This document shows positions 12,082 to 22,100 of a stretch of DNA of 64,000 nucleotides, piece by piece; position 1 is the stretch's first letter; the number at the start of each line of letters is the position of its first letter. The stretch spans positions 186,001-250,000 of the forward strand of contig JAANOX010000017.1 in the NCBI GenBank assembly GCA_020184695.1, given 5' to 3'. Below the pieces are notes generated by a model. The model saw only the letters and a program-made list of their open reading frames with translations, made no database searches and was not told where the DNA came from. Made by a program: the position numbers and the translations under genes. The stretch comes from Histomonas meleagridis 2922-C6/04-290x (taxonomy: Eukaryota > Protista > Parabasalia).

Positions 12082-12738
12082 TCACTCTGATCCATCGGCG
12101 AGTGATTCCAAAACAGCTGTAAGTTGTGCATCCAAAGTGTATGAAGAAATGCTTTTTAGCACCGTTACATTTCTCTGTTTTAATTGAGACAATTTTTGCA
12201 TTTGGAGTCCAATCAGATCAAATAACTTCTTTTTAGTTTCTATCAAATTCTGTAGCTCAAACTTCTTCTCTTCTATTTGATTCTGATATTGTGTGTCAAG
12301 TTCTGAAAGTTCATTTGTTCGTTTCTCAATTTGAGCTTGAAGCTTGAGTACATTTGATTGCTTTTTGGTAAGCTGTGAAGTTAATCTTTCTACTTCTTTA
12401 TCCTTTATTGTTTCTCCTTGTCCTATTTCTGTTTTTAATATATGTAGTTTGCTTTGATATTGAGAATATTCATTTAATAATGTTTGAAGTGTCTCTTTAA
12501 GTTTATTATTTGCTTTCTCTTTTGCTTGTAATCTTTTACGTTCTTCTATGATGGATGAATTAATTTCCCTTATCTTATATTCAAGCTCTGTGTTTTGTAA
12601 TTTTTCTTTTTCTAATTTTTCATATAAATCGGTTAATTCCGCTCTCCCACCCTCTATTTGTGCAGAAATAATTTTTATTCTTTTGTCTGGGGAAATTTGC
12701 TGTAATTCGTCATCAGAGAGCTCAATTGGTTGAAACAT
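12082..12738 (-). CDS. Coiled-coil hypothetical protein
   Basis: E/K/Q/L-rich heptad ORF; first ATG at 12738 (MFQP). Confidence 0.7.
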   Translation of the reverse strand: MFQPIELSDDELQQISPDKRIKIISAQIEGGRAELTDLYEKLEKEKLQNTELEYKIREINSSIIEERKRLQAKEKANNKLKETLQTLLNEYSQYQSKLHILKTEIGQGETIKDKEVERLTSQLTKKQSNVLKLQAQIEKRTNELSELDTQYQNQIEEKKFELQNLIETKKKLFDLIGLQMQKLSQLKQRNVTVLKSISSYTLDAQLTAVLESLADGSE

Positions 12739-13131
12739 TTTCAAATGTACGTTTTTATTATTTTATTTCGATACGACTTTTTGAATTAGTGATTCAAAGA
12801 AATTGGATCGTTATTATTTTTTAGATGATTTTGCTATATACCAACAAAATCTAATCTATTGACAATCATTTATATTTCAAACAAACGACATTCAAGCCAT
12901 TTTAAAATCATCTACGATTTAATCAGTAATATGAGAGATCAAAATTGCAAATTTTCTTTTCATATAAATTCGATATCAGATGAAAGATTGGAAACAAAAT
13001 TTTCATTATAAATAACATAAATTACATAAAAAAAATAACTTATTACAACTCAAAAACACTTCATGAAAAAAAAAAATAAAACGTTTGTTTACGGTTAATA
13101 ACGGTTTGATGATAAATGTCAAAACCGTTGT

Positions 13132-13136
13132 TCACT
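13132..13136 (+). promoter_or_regulatory. Initiator (Inr)-like motif TCACT
   Basis: TCACT ends 6 nt upstream of ATG 13142 and matches the trichomonad Inr consensus TCA(T/C)(T/A). Confidence 0.45.
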
Positions 13137-13141
13137 GTTCA

Positions 13142-13888
13142 ATGGCGATGGTTCTAAATGTTGTTCCAACGAGAATGGAACTTCAAAACTTGAAGTCCAA
13201 GTGCAGCGCAGCTGTCCGTGGTCACGATCTTTTAAAGAAGAAGAGTGATGCTTTAACACTCAAGTTCAGATCACTTCTTCGTGATATTCGTGATACAAAA
13301 TTACAGGTCGGTGAGCTTGCAAAGGAAGCTCTCTTTGCTTACACGGAAGTTAAGTTTGTTGCAAGTGACATTAGCCCTACTGTTATTCAAAGTGTTACCA
13401 ACATGCCACAAATGCTCTTTATGACAATTGATAACATTGCAGGTGTTAGAGTTCCAAACTTCCAAAGGGTGAACACTGGCAATGATGTAAATACATTGGT
13501 TGGTTTATCACGAGGTGGTCAACAAATCCAAAAAGCTCGCGAAGCATTTTCTAAGTTACTTGATGCCCTTATCAAACTCTCAATGCTTCAAACATCATTT
13601 GGTGTGATTGATGAAGTATTAAAGATTACAAATCGTAGAGTTAATGCAATGGAATATGTTATTATCCCAAGATACCAAAACACTATAGCTTTTGTTACCG
13701 ATGGCCTTGAAGAAGAAGAGCGTGAATCGTTTTATCGTTTGAAGAAAGTTCAACAGAAGAGAAAAGAAATGGCAGAAAAGGAAGAAGAGCAACGTTTGGC
13801 AAGATTTGCAAAGGACAACCAACCACAAGAAACAAAGGAAGTCGATTTATTGGATGAATCTACAGACGACTCAGATCTTCTGTTTTAA
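13142..13888 (+). CDS. VMA8: V-type proton ATPase subunit D
   Basis: VVPTRMELQNLK...RGHDLLKKKSDAL, DNIAGVRVPNF, LVGLSRGGQQIQKA, TNRRVNAMEYVIIPR, LEEEERESFYRLKKVQ. ATG at 13142 chosen over the upstream TTG. Confidence 0.97.
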   Translation: MAMVLNVVPTRMELQNLKSKCSAAVRGHDLLKKKSDALTLKFRSLLRDIRDTKLQVGELAKEALFAYTEVKFVASDISPTVIQSVTNMPQMLFMTIDNIAGVRVPNFQRVNTGNDVNTLVGLSRGGQQIQKAREAFSKLLDALIKLSMLQTSFGVIDEVLKITNRRVNAMEYVIIPRYQNTIAFVTDGLEEEERESFYRLKKVQQKRKEMAEKEEEQRLARFAKDNQPQETKEVDLLDESTDDSDLLF

Positions 13889-14319
13889 AAATTAATAAAA
13901 AACATTTTATCATATTTAACTTTTGGATAATAGATAATGAATTTTTTAAATTTTGATAGAGATCAACGCACAGTAAATTTTACTTGATATAAATCGAAAT
14001 AGCGTTTTTTTTTTGGCTCATTATTCTTCATGAAAGCCATCATATTGGAGAAGGGACGTTTTGGTAAAATTAATTCTGAATTTTTTTTGTCTAATATAAA
14101 ATTTTACCTAATGTCATTAAATATATATAGTAAAAAATTCATTGTCCAAAAAAAACATCTAAAAATCAAGGTTTCCAACAAACTGGAAATAACTTTCTTG
14201 AATTTGATAAGCAATTTAATATAGTTATCTTTATACTTTAGGCATGTGTCTCTCTTGAGTTTCTAAAGTAAAGTTTATAATTAAAAACTTTTTGAACACA
14301 TTTATAAACAAACAAGTTT

Positions 14320-14326
14320 TCATTTT
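14320..14326 (+). promoter_or_regulatory. Inr-like motif TCATTTT upstream of ankyrin locus A
   Basis: TCATTTT immediately precedes G-ATG at 14328, suggesting locus A has an intact core promoter. Confidence 0.4.
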
Positions 14327-14327
14327 G

Positions 14328-15590
14328 ATGAAAAAACAAAAAAAGAAGAATTCGTGGGAAACCTATCAATTAATCAATAGAACTATTTACGACTTAAACG
14401 AAGGAAATATTTCTCAATCAGTACAAACAATATTTGATATATTTGATGATAATTATTCATATTCTTTTAATTTGGTTATAAGTCATATAACATATTCATC
14501 ATTTGTAGCACAAATAGTTAATTCTAATATAATATTCGATTTTCTTAATAAACTTGAAAAAATGTTAAATAATGAAAACAAGCATAAAAAAATATTTGAT
14601 GTTTTAATGCATTTTCTTGTCAACAAGACTACAGGCGATAGTGAATATCTCATTAATGAAATTCTTAAGAATGAATTTTCTAAACCAAAATTTTTCGTTT
14701 CATTAACTCCTTATTTTGCACATTACGATGAAAAGAATTATTTAAACAATTCGATATATAACCAAGATGATGACAAACAGTTTAATTATTTTTTCGAAAA
14801 TTATGAAGAACTTTCAAAGAATGGATGGGAACTCCATAAGCAACTAATTGAAGAAGGAGTCAATCCAAATGAAATTGCGAAAATAATTCGAAATGATGAA
14901 ATCGAAAAACTTCAAGAAATATCATCACAAACAAAATTTGATTTTAATCAGTTTGTTGAACCATCACTTTATGAAAGATGTTCATTTATAAATCAAGAAA
15001 ATGTTACATTAATTGATTATGCAGCATTTTTTGGATCAGTAAAATGTTTTAAATATTTATTTGTGAATGGAGCAAATGTAGAAAACACAGGTAAATATGC
15101 AGTTGCAGGTGGAAATGAAGAAATTATTCATTTATGTGAACAAAATCATTCATCATTTGAAGGTGCATATAAAACAGCAATTAAGTTTCATCGAAATGAT
15201 ATCTTTAAATATCTTTATGATAATAAAATTGAAGATATCAACAATTTAGAAGAATTAGGAAAGAAATGTGTTTTATGTGATAATTTGGATATATTTTTGA
15301 TTTTACTCAAGGGAGGAATGAAAATTAATAATGATATTATTAATGAATTAGCAAGAGTTGGAAATATATTCCTTATAAAACATTTTCTTAGAGAAAATGA
15401 AATTCCAAAGGATATTTTGGTTTTTTCATCAGCATCAGGAAATTTTGAACTTGTGAAATATATTTTAAAAAAAGATAGAATTGATATTAATGCAAAAGAT
15501 ATTTATTTGTTTTATTTAAAATTTATTTTAATAATTTTATGTTTCAAAATATTATTTGGAAATTATTTAGAATATTTAAAACGGCATTAA
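14328..15590 (+). CDS. DUF3447-domain ankyrin-repeat protein, N-terminal ORF (locus A); frame ends just after the first spacer
   Basis: DUF3447-type signature (FDFNQFVEPSLYER...TLIDYAAFFGSVKCFKYL...YAVAGGNEEIIHLCEQ), then ASGNFELVKYILKKDRIDINAKD. Confidence 0.85.
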   Translation: MKKQKKKNSWETYQLINRTIYDLNEGNISQSVQTIFDIFDDNYSYSFNLVISHITYSSFVAQIVNSNIIFDFLNKLEKMLNNENKHKKIFDVLMHFLVNKTTGDSEYLINEILKNEFSKPKFFVSLTPYFAHYDEKNYLNNSIYNQDDDKQFNYFFENYEELSKNGWELHKQLIEEGVNPNEIAKIIRNDEIEKLQEISSQTKFDFNQFVEPSLYERCSFINQENVTLIDYAAFFGSVKCFKYLFVNGANVENTGKYAVAGGNEEIIHLCEQNHSSFEGAYKTAIKFHRNDIFKYLYDNKIEDINNLEELGKKCVLCDNLDIFLILLKGGMKINNDIINELARVGNIFLIKHFLRENEIPKDILVFSSASGNFELVKYILKKDRIDINAKDIYLFYLKFILIILCFKILFGNYLEYLKRH

Positions 15591-16869
15591 TTTGTGCAGC
15601 TGAAAATGGTCATACAGAAATAGTTAAATTACTTCTTGAACAAGAAGGAATTGATATTAATGCTAAAGATATTTATTTGTTTTATTTATAATTTATTTTA
15701 ATATTTTGAAAATTCAAAATAATATTTGGAAATTATTTAAATTATTTTGGGCACCACTTCTATGGGCAATTTTGTATATTCGAAATGAAATAGTTAAATT
15801 ACTTCTTGAACAAAAAGGAATTGATATTAATGCTAAAAATATTTATTTGTTTTATTTGATGTTTATCTTAATAATTTGATATTTCAAAATAATATTTGGA
15901 AATTATTTAAATTATTTGAAACAGCACTTATGTTAGCATCTGAAAATAGTCATACAGAAATAGTTAAATTACTTCTTGAACAAAAAGGAATTGATATTAA
16001 TGCTAAAGATATTTATTTGTTTTATTTCATATTTATTTTAATAATTTGGGATTTCAAAATAATATTTGGAAATTATTTTAAATATTTAAAACAGCGCTTA
16101 TATGGGCATCTTTTAATGGTCATACAGAAATAGTTAAATTACTTCTTGAACAAGAAGGAATTGATATTAATGCTAAAGATATTTATTTGTTTTATTTCAT
16201 ATTTATTTTAATAATTTGGGATTTCAAAATAATATTTGGAAATTATTTAAATTATTTATAACAGCACTTATATTTGCATCTAAAAATGGTCATACAGAAA
16301 TAGTTAAATTACTTCTTGAACAAGAAGGAATTGATATTAATGCTAAAAATATTTATTTGTTTTATTTAGAATTTATTTTAATAATTTGATATTTCAAAAT
16401 AATACTTGGAAATTATTTAAATTATTTATAACAGCACTTATGTTTTCATCTTATAATGGTCATACAGAAATAGTTAAATTACTTCTTGAACAAGAAGGAA
16501 TTGATATTAATGCTAAAAATATTTATTTGTTTTATTTGATGTTTATTTTAATAATTTGATATTTCAAAATAATATTTGGAAATTATTTATAATATTTTGG
16601 ACAGCACTTATGTTTTCATCTTATAATGGTCATACAGAAATAGTCAGATTACTTCTTCAGCAAAAAGGAATCGATATTAATACGGAAGATATTTATATGT
16701 TATATTTTGTATTTATTTTAATAATTTGATATTTCAAAATAATATTTGGAAATTATTTAAATTGTTTAGAACAGCAACAACATGTGCATTTGCAAAAGGC
16801 CACACAGAAATTGGTAAATTACTTCTTGAACAAAAAGAAAATAAATATATCCTTATATACTCAAAATAA
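15501..16869 (+). repeat. Spacer-interrupted ankyrin array (locus A): exact 170-bp period (80-nt spacer + 90-nt ankyrin segment) x8
   Basis: Spacers start at 15501, 15671, 15841, 16011, 16181, 16351, 16521 and 16691. Segments read T-A-L-x-x-A-S-x-N-G-H-T-E-I-V-K-L-L-L-E-Q-(E/K)-G-I-D-I-N-A-K-(D/N). The last segment is open to TAA at 16867-16869. Confidence 0.95.
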
Positions 16870-17053
16870 TGATAACAGTTAAAAAAACAAACTCAATAAC
16901 ATTCATATTAATTTTTTAGTATACTTGAATTATAGGTAAAATAAATAGCATCCCATTGCGACGAACCGGGGACTTAATATTAATATGTAAGAACAAATAT
17001 TTGTTCTATGAACCTGTTAAACTTAAAATTAAATAAAAAATTTAATATTAAAT

Positions 17054-18451
17054 TTATTTAAACATGATAGAGAATAAAAAAGGAGTGAAAACAACAGTAA
17101 ATGTTGCGATTAACGTTGTTATAGGAGCACTTTTGTAAAACGATTTCCATTTATCAATTAAGTCAGCAAAAATTGGTTTATTTGTTTCTATATTTATATT
17201 TTCTTTTTCTTTTTTCAGGTAAAAATTTTCGATTTTGATTTCTTCTTTCTCATCAATTTCTTTTGGTTCTTCTTTCTTTATGAATTTTTCATTGTACTGT
17301 TTGACAGCATTTTCATCACTGGAAATTATTATATCTGAAATGCCAACCGTTCCATCAATTGTCCATAAATCGAATCCAACCCCTGTGAAGTTTGCAAAAT
17401 TATGAGGTGACAAATCTTCATAGAAATTTGGGTTGGGAATTCTTCGTGGAATCCATTTTCCTTTATATTGAGGATTTCGATATCTTGGTGGTTCCCAAGG
17501 ACCTACAAATTTTGGGTTAATAATTAATGGCGGTTCGTATGGACCACATCCTGGTACATTTTCACATTTTGGATTTGGAATAAGTTCTGGTTCCCATTTT
17601 CCAAAAATAGATTCATCCCAATCTTTAGGTTGTTTGGAATCTTGATTAGGAATTAATTTAGACTCGGCTAGTAACCATCCTTTTGGAGGATCAAGTTTTT
17701 CTGGATCAGGTATAAATTCGGGTTGTGTTTCATCCCAATCGGACGGTTTTTTAACGGTCTCGTCGATAACGTATTCATCATCAACCCAATCGATGGGTTT
17801 AGTGTCTGTTGGATCATCTATTTCACGAGGAGGGTTAACTGGTGGATAAAAGTCCTTTAAAAGAGATCCAAATCTAAGAGGAGACCCATCAACAAAAATT
17901 ATAAATTTATTGTTTGGACGAATAATGAGTGTATACGTGAGCTCTTTGTTAGTCATATTAGATTGAGGAGGATCTATCATGTGCTTCTCTTCAAATTGAT
18001 TCGTGATTTGATTTTTATGCTTGAAAATAAAATGAATGAGATTTTTTTCGCCACATTGATCAGGTCCAAACATAATTACATAATTCGTTTCATTTGAAAC
18101 CTGATTAGGTTCATACATACTTGGGCCAAAAAGTTTAATATAAGCCCCGCTACAGTTTGGTATTGATGTAGAATGAACTTTATATTGGATTACTAATGTT
18201 TGATCGACAAAAGAAATTGGATTTGAAAATAAGGCCGAAATTCCATGAAAAGCATTCCTAGTTGATGCATAAATATAACTATTATTTTGAATTTTTCCAC
18301 GTTTCCATTTTCCAGTATAATTTTTCATTTTAGAAACAATCCAATATTTTTCCCAATCATCATTTTCAAATTTTTCATGTACAATAAATCTATTGTGACT
18401 GGGTTTTATTGGGATACAAAAACTTTGGTGAAGGAAAAAGAAAAGAAGCAA
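17054..18451 (-). CDS. Calnexin/calreticulin family ER lectin chaperone with C-terminal TM helix
   Basis: CSGAYIKLF, YVIMFGPDQCG, P-domain repeats (IDDPTDTKPIDW, KKPSDWDE, IPNPKC..PGCG), GFDLWT, N-terminal signal peptide, C-terminal hydrophobic helix. No in-frame ATG at the N-terminus (see findings). Confidence 0.92.
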   Translation of the reverse strand: MLLFFFLHQSFCIPIKPSHNRFIVHEKFENDDWEKYWIVSKMKNYTGKWKRGKIQNNSYIYASTRNAFHGISALFSNPISFVDQTLVIQYKVHSTSIPNCSGAYIKLFGPSMYEPNQVSNETNYVIMFGPDQCGEKNLIHFIFKHKNQITNQFEEKHMIDPPQSNMTNKELTYTLIIRPNNKFIIFVDGSPLRFGSLLKDFYPPVNPPREIDDPTDTKPIDWVDDEYVIDETVKKPSDWDETQPEFIPDPEKLDPPKGWLLAESKLIPNQDSKQPKDWDESIFGKWEPELIPNPKCENVPGCGPYEPPLIINPKFVGPWEPPRYRNPQYKGKWIPRRIPNPNFYEDLSPHNFANFTGVGFDLWTIDGTVGISDIIISSDENAVKQYNEKFIKKEEPKEIDEKEEIKIENFYLKKEKENINIETNKPIFADLIDKWKSFYKSAPITTLIATFTVVFTPFLFSIMFK

Positions 18452-18715
18452 AATATTTATCGACCGTTTAAATAATGTAGTTACTTTTTCTTATGATTAA
18501 ATAATATTCAGTAATCATCAAAATAATTTTGTAATAAATAATATTTATTTATACCATTTTTCATTCCAGTTAAAGTATTGCATTTTAGATAGAACTAATT
18601 TTAAAAAAATACTTATTTGTAAATTTTTTTAGAAGGCTTCTTCTCTGATATTTTCATTACTTGCTGAGATTTTGAATAGGTTTGTTAGGAATAGTTTCTA
18701 AAAGGGAGAAATCAG

Positions 18716-19036
18716 ATGGCTCAAAAAACAAACGAAAAAAAGTTAATTATTACAAGTGCAGCAGAAATTCTTTCCAAGATATCACAACATCCAATAACTC
18801 ACGTAAACATATCACCATTTGAGATGACTCCATATGACGGTTATATGATTTTTCTTGATGCTGTTAGAAAAAGATTTACCAGAGAGGAAATTTTAAAGCT
18901 TGTGCCAAATGCTGATCCAGATTCTTCCATAGAACAGATATTAACTCCATCATTTGTATGTTCACTTGCATATCGTAGGCTCAACAAGATATTAATGGGA
19001 AACAACCCAACACCAAATTCTGTTCCAAATCAATAA
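18716..19036 (+). CDS. Small hypothetical protein
   Basis: 106-aa ATG-initiated ORF with protein-like composition; family not recognised. Confidence 0.5.
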   Translation: MAQKTNEKKLIITSAAEILSKISQHPITHVNISPFEMTPYDGYMIFLDAVRKRFTREEILKLVPNADPDSSIEQILTPSFVCSLAYRRLNKILMGNNPTPNSVPNQ

Positions 19037-19111
19037 AATAATAAAGAAAATATTTTTTTTAATCTTTGTTTTTTTTGAGGCACCCTTAATCGTCACTTTT
19101 CTCCCAAAAAT

Positions 19112-22100
19112 ATGACCCACATTTTTAAAGCAGTATTTGATGAACATTTAGAAAAGTTATGGCCTATTATTGATCAAACTGTATCCAAGAAGATGAATGA
19201 AATCAATTCCGGGAAACAATTAAAAATAATTGATATATTTAATTCAAACAAATTTCCTCGTTCAATTCCATTCTATAATCGCATGATATCTACTTTGGCA
19301 GAACTTGAGAGTGATAACTTTAATATTATATTACCAGATCTTACAAAATCAATTCAAGATATTTTAGGGAATAAGCATAACAAATTATTCGAAGTATTTT
19401 ATTCCTCAATGGAAGATTCTGGGTATAGCTGGCCGGTAAAGTTTATCGATACTTTTCAATTATTGCTTCTAACTGATTTGCTTAGTCATATTCTCTCGAA
19501 ACAAAAAAAGATAGATCGTAATGCGTCTAAACTTCTTATTGAAACCGGGCTTGAAATATGTGGTTATTCCAAGGATGAAGTTGATTTAGCTATATTAATT
19601 TTAAATCAATATTCTATGATTTTTTCCATTATTTCACGAATTTCACCCACTCTAATATACGAACATATTATGAACAAGTACATTATTAAGAAAACGGATA
19701 AATTTTTTGTATTAATGCGATATGTCAGATTAGATTTACCTGATTCAGGTGCCACAGGATTAATAGAAATGATGAAAGGCCGACTTGAATATGCCGTTAA
19801 GCACAAACTTTTATCATCCATTACATTTATCTCATTATCGACATTTTTATTATCATATCAAGGAAGTGACACCAGTATATTAAATTATTTTTTCCAAACT
19901 GCTTTAGAAAAATGTGATGAATTTCCAGGTGCCATTGATTTAGTTACCAAGTTATTACCCAAAATGAATTGGGATTCTGAAAGTGTCAATAAATTTTATG
20001 AAGAAAAAGTATATCCACTTACAAACACAGAAGAAGGAATGATTACAGCAGTACGTGCATTTATCTCATTAATATTTTGGGATAAGATTAACATTGAATA
20101 TCTTTATTTAGGTATTAAAGAACGTTCTAATGTATTTACATTTCTTGATAGCACGAATAAGAAAATTGATCAAAGTACTGAAAATTCATATACGTCTAAG
20201 TTTATCAAATATTATATTAATTCTAAATATTATAATAAATGTCCAACATTAATTCGAGATGTATTAATTTTATTAGCTGCACTTGACTTTAATACATTTT
20301 TAAAAGTGATTGTACCGAAATATAAAAAGTTTGAGTTAGAAAGTGATCCATTTTTAGTATTTTTAAGTACTATTCCGATAATAAATGATAAATTCATCAA
20401 TAAAAAATTAGCTAATAAAGAAGAAATATCACAATTTAATGCCGAAATTAGTAAAATAATGAATAAAAGACTTCAAATTGTATTAAAGTCATCGAAGACT
20501 TATGGAATATCGAAAGAATTACTTGAGAAATATATAAAACAAGTCGATACATCAAGTCATATAGTAGAAAATGTTTGTACTCATTGGGGAATTAATTTTG
20601 GTGAATCATATCAAGATTCGCATTTCTTAATGAACACATTAACAAATAAGTCATCGATTAACTCACAAAACTCATCAATACGTATTGTACAAATTATTCC
20701 ATTCATATTAAAATGTGAACAATTTAGAATCACTGAATGGATCGAAAGTTTAATATTATTTTCTTCTAATCCAAATCCTGAAATATCGAAACCTTCATAT
20801 CAAATATGTCAAACATTATTACAAGATCCTGAGAAAAGATCATTAATAATAAATGTTTTAGTAAATAAAATTAATTCTGAACAACCAATTGAAGTTATAT
20901 TCATTTGTTTATCTTTATTATCATATGGCGTTAAACAAATTGAACCAGGAATACCACAAAATGAAGAAGACATTAAATATAAAATCGAATTTTGCGCATT
21001 TTTAGGTTTATCTTCTTCTCATCCAATCATTCGAATAATTGCTTATAAACTTTTATTTAAGCTAAATAAAATATTACAAAATAAAGGATTTTATTCTCAA
21101 ATCGAAGATCATATTAATGCTATATCATCAAACTCGAAACAAAATATGCTTTTAGAAGAATTCTCTAAAAGACCAAATCATCCTGAACATAAAGAAGATG
21201 ATTTAGAATTTAATGATGCTATGTGTTCACGTTATCCTGAGCCGTGGCTATTTTTCCTTGCTGAAATCGGAAAGATTTTAATTTTTTCAAATTATTATCC
21301 AATTTTATTCCATTTACAAAAAATTTCGAAAACTTTTACATTAAATAATAATAAACCAAATCATTTTGATTTAGGTATTTTAATTTTATTGTTTTCGACT
21401 TGTACCAAACAAGAATTTATTGATAAAAGTCTTTATGATCATCCAGAAAGTGAAATACATATTATAACTGATAATTATTTAGAGCCATTTTTCTCACAAA
21501 TCGAATTAAATTGTTTTGAGTATAAACAACAATTATTATTTATAGCTATGCGACATTCTAATTATACTATTATACCTTATGTAATTGAACAATTAACAAA
21601 ATTTAATGATTTGAAGATATTACCTTCACTTTATTTAATGTTATGTACCATTAAAGGTAATACTAAATTATTAAATGCTGTTTCGAATAACGTTTGTATT
21701 ATATTAATATCATTAATCCAAAAATTTAATGATTATGGATTATATAATCCTAATTTTGATGATAATTCTTATTCACATAAAAAAATTGAAATCGATTCTA
21801 CATTAGAGAAATATATATTAAACTTCTTTAGTTGTTTATTAATTTTACTTGATATAGATAACATCGAAAACATTTGTAATAAAGGTATAATGTCAAGTTT
21901 CTTTATATTAGCAGTTGGTTTATGTTTTGGTAATAGTCAATTTAATGAACAAAAAGAAAAGATACAAAAGATTCAAGAATATGCATCTTGTGCACTTGTA
22001 TCGATTTTAGAAACTGGACCAATTTTAGAGAAGTTCTTTCATAATAAGTTATTACATAAGATTAAAAAATGTGAATTACATGGTTATCATGCAATGGTAC

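Noticed and set aside
15509-16604. Ankyrin spacers as canonical GT-AG introns (GT at spacer position 9-10, ACAG at the start of the next segment)
   Set aside because: That 76-nt removal leaves 94 nt per unit (out of frame) and deletes the Thr codon. ACAG is absent in units 1-2 (ACGG, GCAC), and GT is absent in many locus B/C spacers.
15501-16770. Simple -1 ribosomal frameshift at the spacer 5' end (7 of 8 locus A spacers are open in the downstream frame: LFVLFxIYFNNLxFQNNIWKLFKLF)
   Set aside because: Downstream-frame stops occur in spacers 16011-16090, 1720-1641, 716-637 and 32919-32840. In-frame spacers with stops also exist, and there is no canonical X XXY YYZ site in frame. Not fully excluded for individual units.
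15501-16869. CRISPR-like repeat-spacer array
   Set aside because: Both parts of the 170-bp unit are homologous between units, the 90-nt part encodes ankyrin, and there are no cas genes in a eukaryotic context.
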